A DNA stretch of 64,000 nt. Source: Acidobacteriota bacterium. Its GTDB lineage: Bacteria > Acidobacteriota > Vicinamibacteria > Vicinamibacterales > UBA2999. Below the pieces are notes generated by a model. The model saw nothing but the letters and a program-made list of their open reading frames with translations, was not told the origin of the DNA and made no database searches. Both the position numbers and the translations under genes were made by a program. The stretch covers positions 6,724 to 70,723 of the forward strand of contig JBKPAJ010000065.1 in the NCBI GenBank assembly GCA_046726375.1, in the 5' to 3' direction. Shown here one piece after another: positions 63,563-64,000 of the stretch. The first letter of the stretch is position 1. Each line of letters begins with the position of its first letter.

Positions 63563-64000
63563 CTATTTGATAAGCGGATTCGTTGGGCTGAACACGCCAG
63601 CGGGGCTGTCCTTCCAGATCCATGCGTGCAACATCCAGCTCGTCTCTGTTGTGAAGCGGCCGCCGCGCGCCGTGCACTGTGGTGCCGTGAGATCGACCGA
63701 GGCACTATTGTCAGGCAGGACGCACACATTGTTGTGTTTGTGCCAGCTAGCCAACGTCTTTGGAAAAGGCGAGTTGGCAGGCTGCCCGTCGGTGTCGCTG
63801 GGGGCGACGAGAAGGTAGCTCACCCCAACCAGTCGCAGTCCGCCCTGTCCTGCAGGGTCTCGCTCGTAGAGCAGGATCGGCGGCTCCGTAATCGAGACTC
63901 TCTGATGATCGGCTTGACGAACGTAGTGAAGACCCATCCCAGGCACGTTCGGCCCGATCGCCCGGTAACCGGCTGCTTCGGCTGAGCGGACGTCCTGGTA
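63563..64000 (-). CDS. hypothetical secreted-protein paralog, 5' end outside the window
   Basis: The frame stays open to the window edge (…AEAAGYRAIGPNVPGMGLHYVRQ…PPILLYE…LVGVSYLLVAP…WMLHAWIWKDSPAGVFSPTNPLIK*) and is colinear with 47679-48239. Confidence 0.6.
   Translation of the reverse strand, partial: YQDVRSAEAAGYRAIGPNVPGMGLHYVRQADHQRVSITEPPILLYERDPAGQGGLRLVGVSYLLVAPSDTDGQPANSPFPKTLASWHKHNNVCVLPDNSASVDLTAPQCTARGGRFTTETSWMLHAWIWKDSPAGVFSPTNPLIK

Overview
High-GC bacterial chromosomal DNA. It is probably from a soil lineage such as Acidobacteriota, because it carries a PadR plus ADOP-type duplicated FtsX permease pair and delta-60 and DUF11 repeat proteins. This taxon call is inference. 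I support about 50 apparently intact CDS. They are mostly accessory functions: five ECF sigma factors plus one sigma fragment, several AraC, TetR, MerR, PadR and MocR regulators, FAD monooxygenases, a multicopper oxidase, methyltransferases, alpha/beta hydrolases, VOC/glyoxalase and SnoaL-like small enzymes, an AttEFGH-like ABC system, a Phd/VapC toxin-antitoxin pair, an MFS transporter, and two large repeat proteins. I found no rRNA, CRISPR array, intact tRNA or intact mobile element. Four things stand out. (1) An ECF41-type regulon is readable from the DNA: GTCACA-N16-CGTC promoters occur upstream of one canonical ECF41 operon, in mirrored bidirectional form at two adjacent ECF41-like sigma genes, and once as an orphan upstream of a carboxymuconolactone-decarboxylase gene. 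(2) There are three copies of a tRNA-Pro-like 3' fragment that lacks a 5' half. Two of them are about 112 nt long, about 90 percent identical and inverted, and they bracket about 32 kb. Nearby lie tandem fragments of a P4-type integrase arm domain and many gene remnants. (3) Frameshifted or truncated genes are unusually dense, which means either real decay or indel errors in the assembly. (4) A translationally coupled four-gene ABC operon ends in a protein that joins an FtsX-type TM1 anchor to an AttH/CrtC-like domain. All calls come from reading the supplied translations and the sequence by eye. No searches were run.
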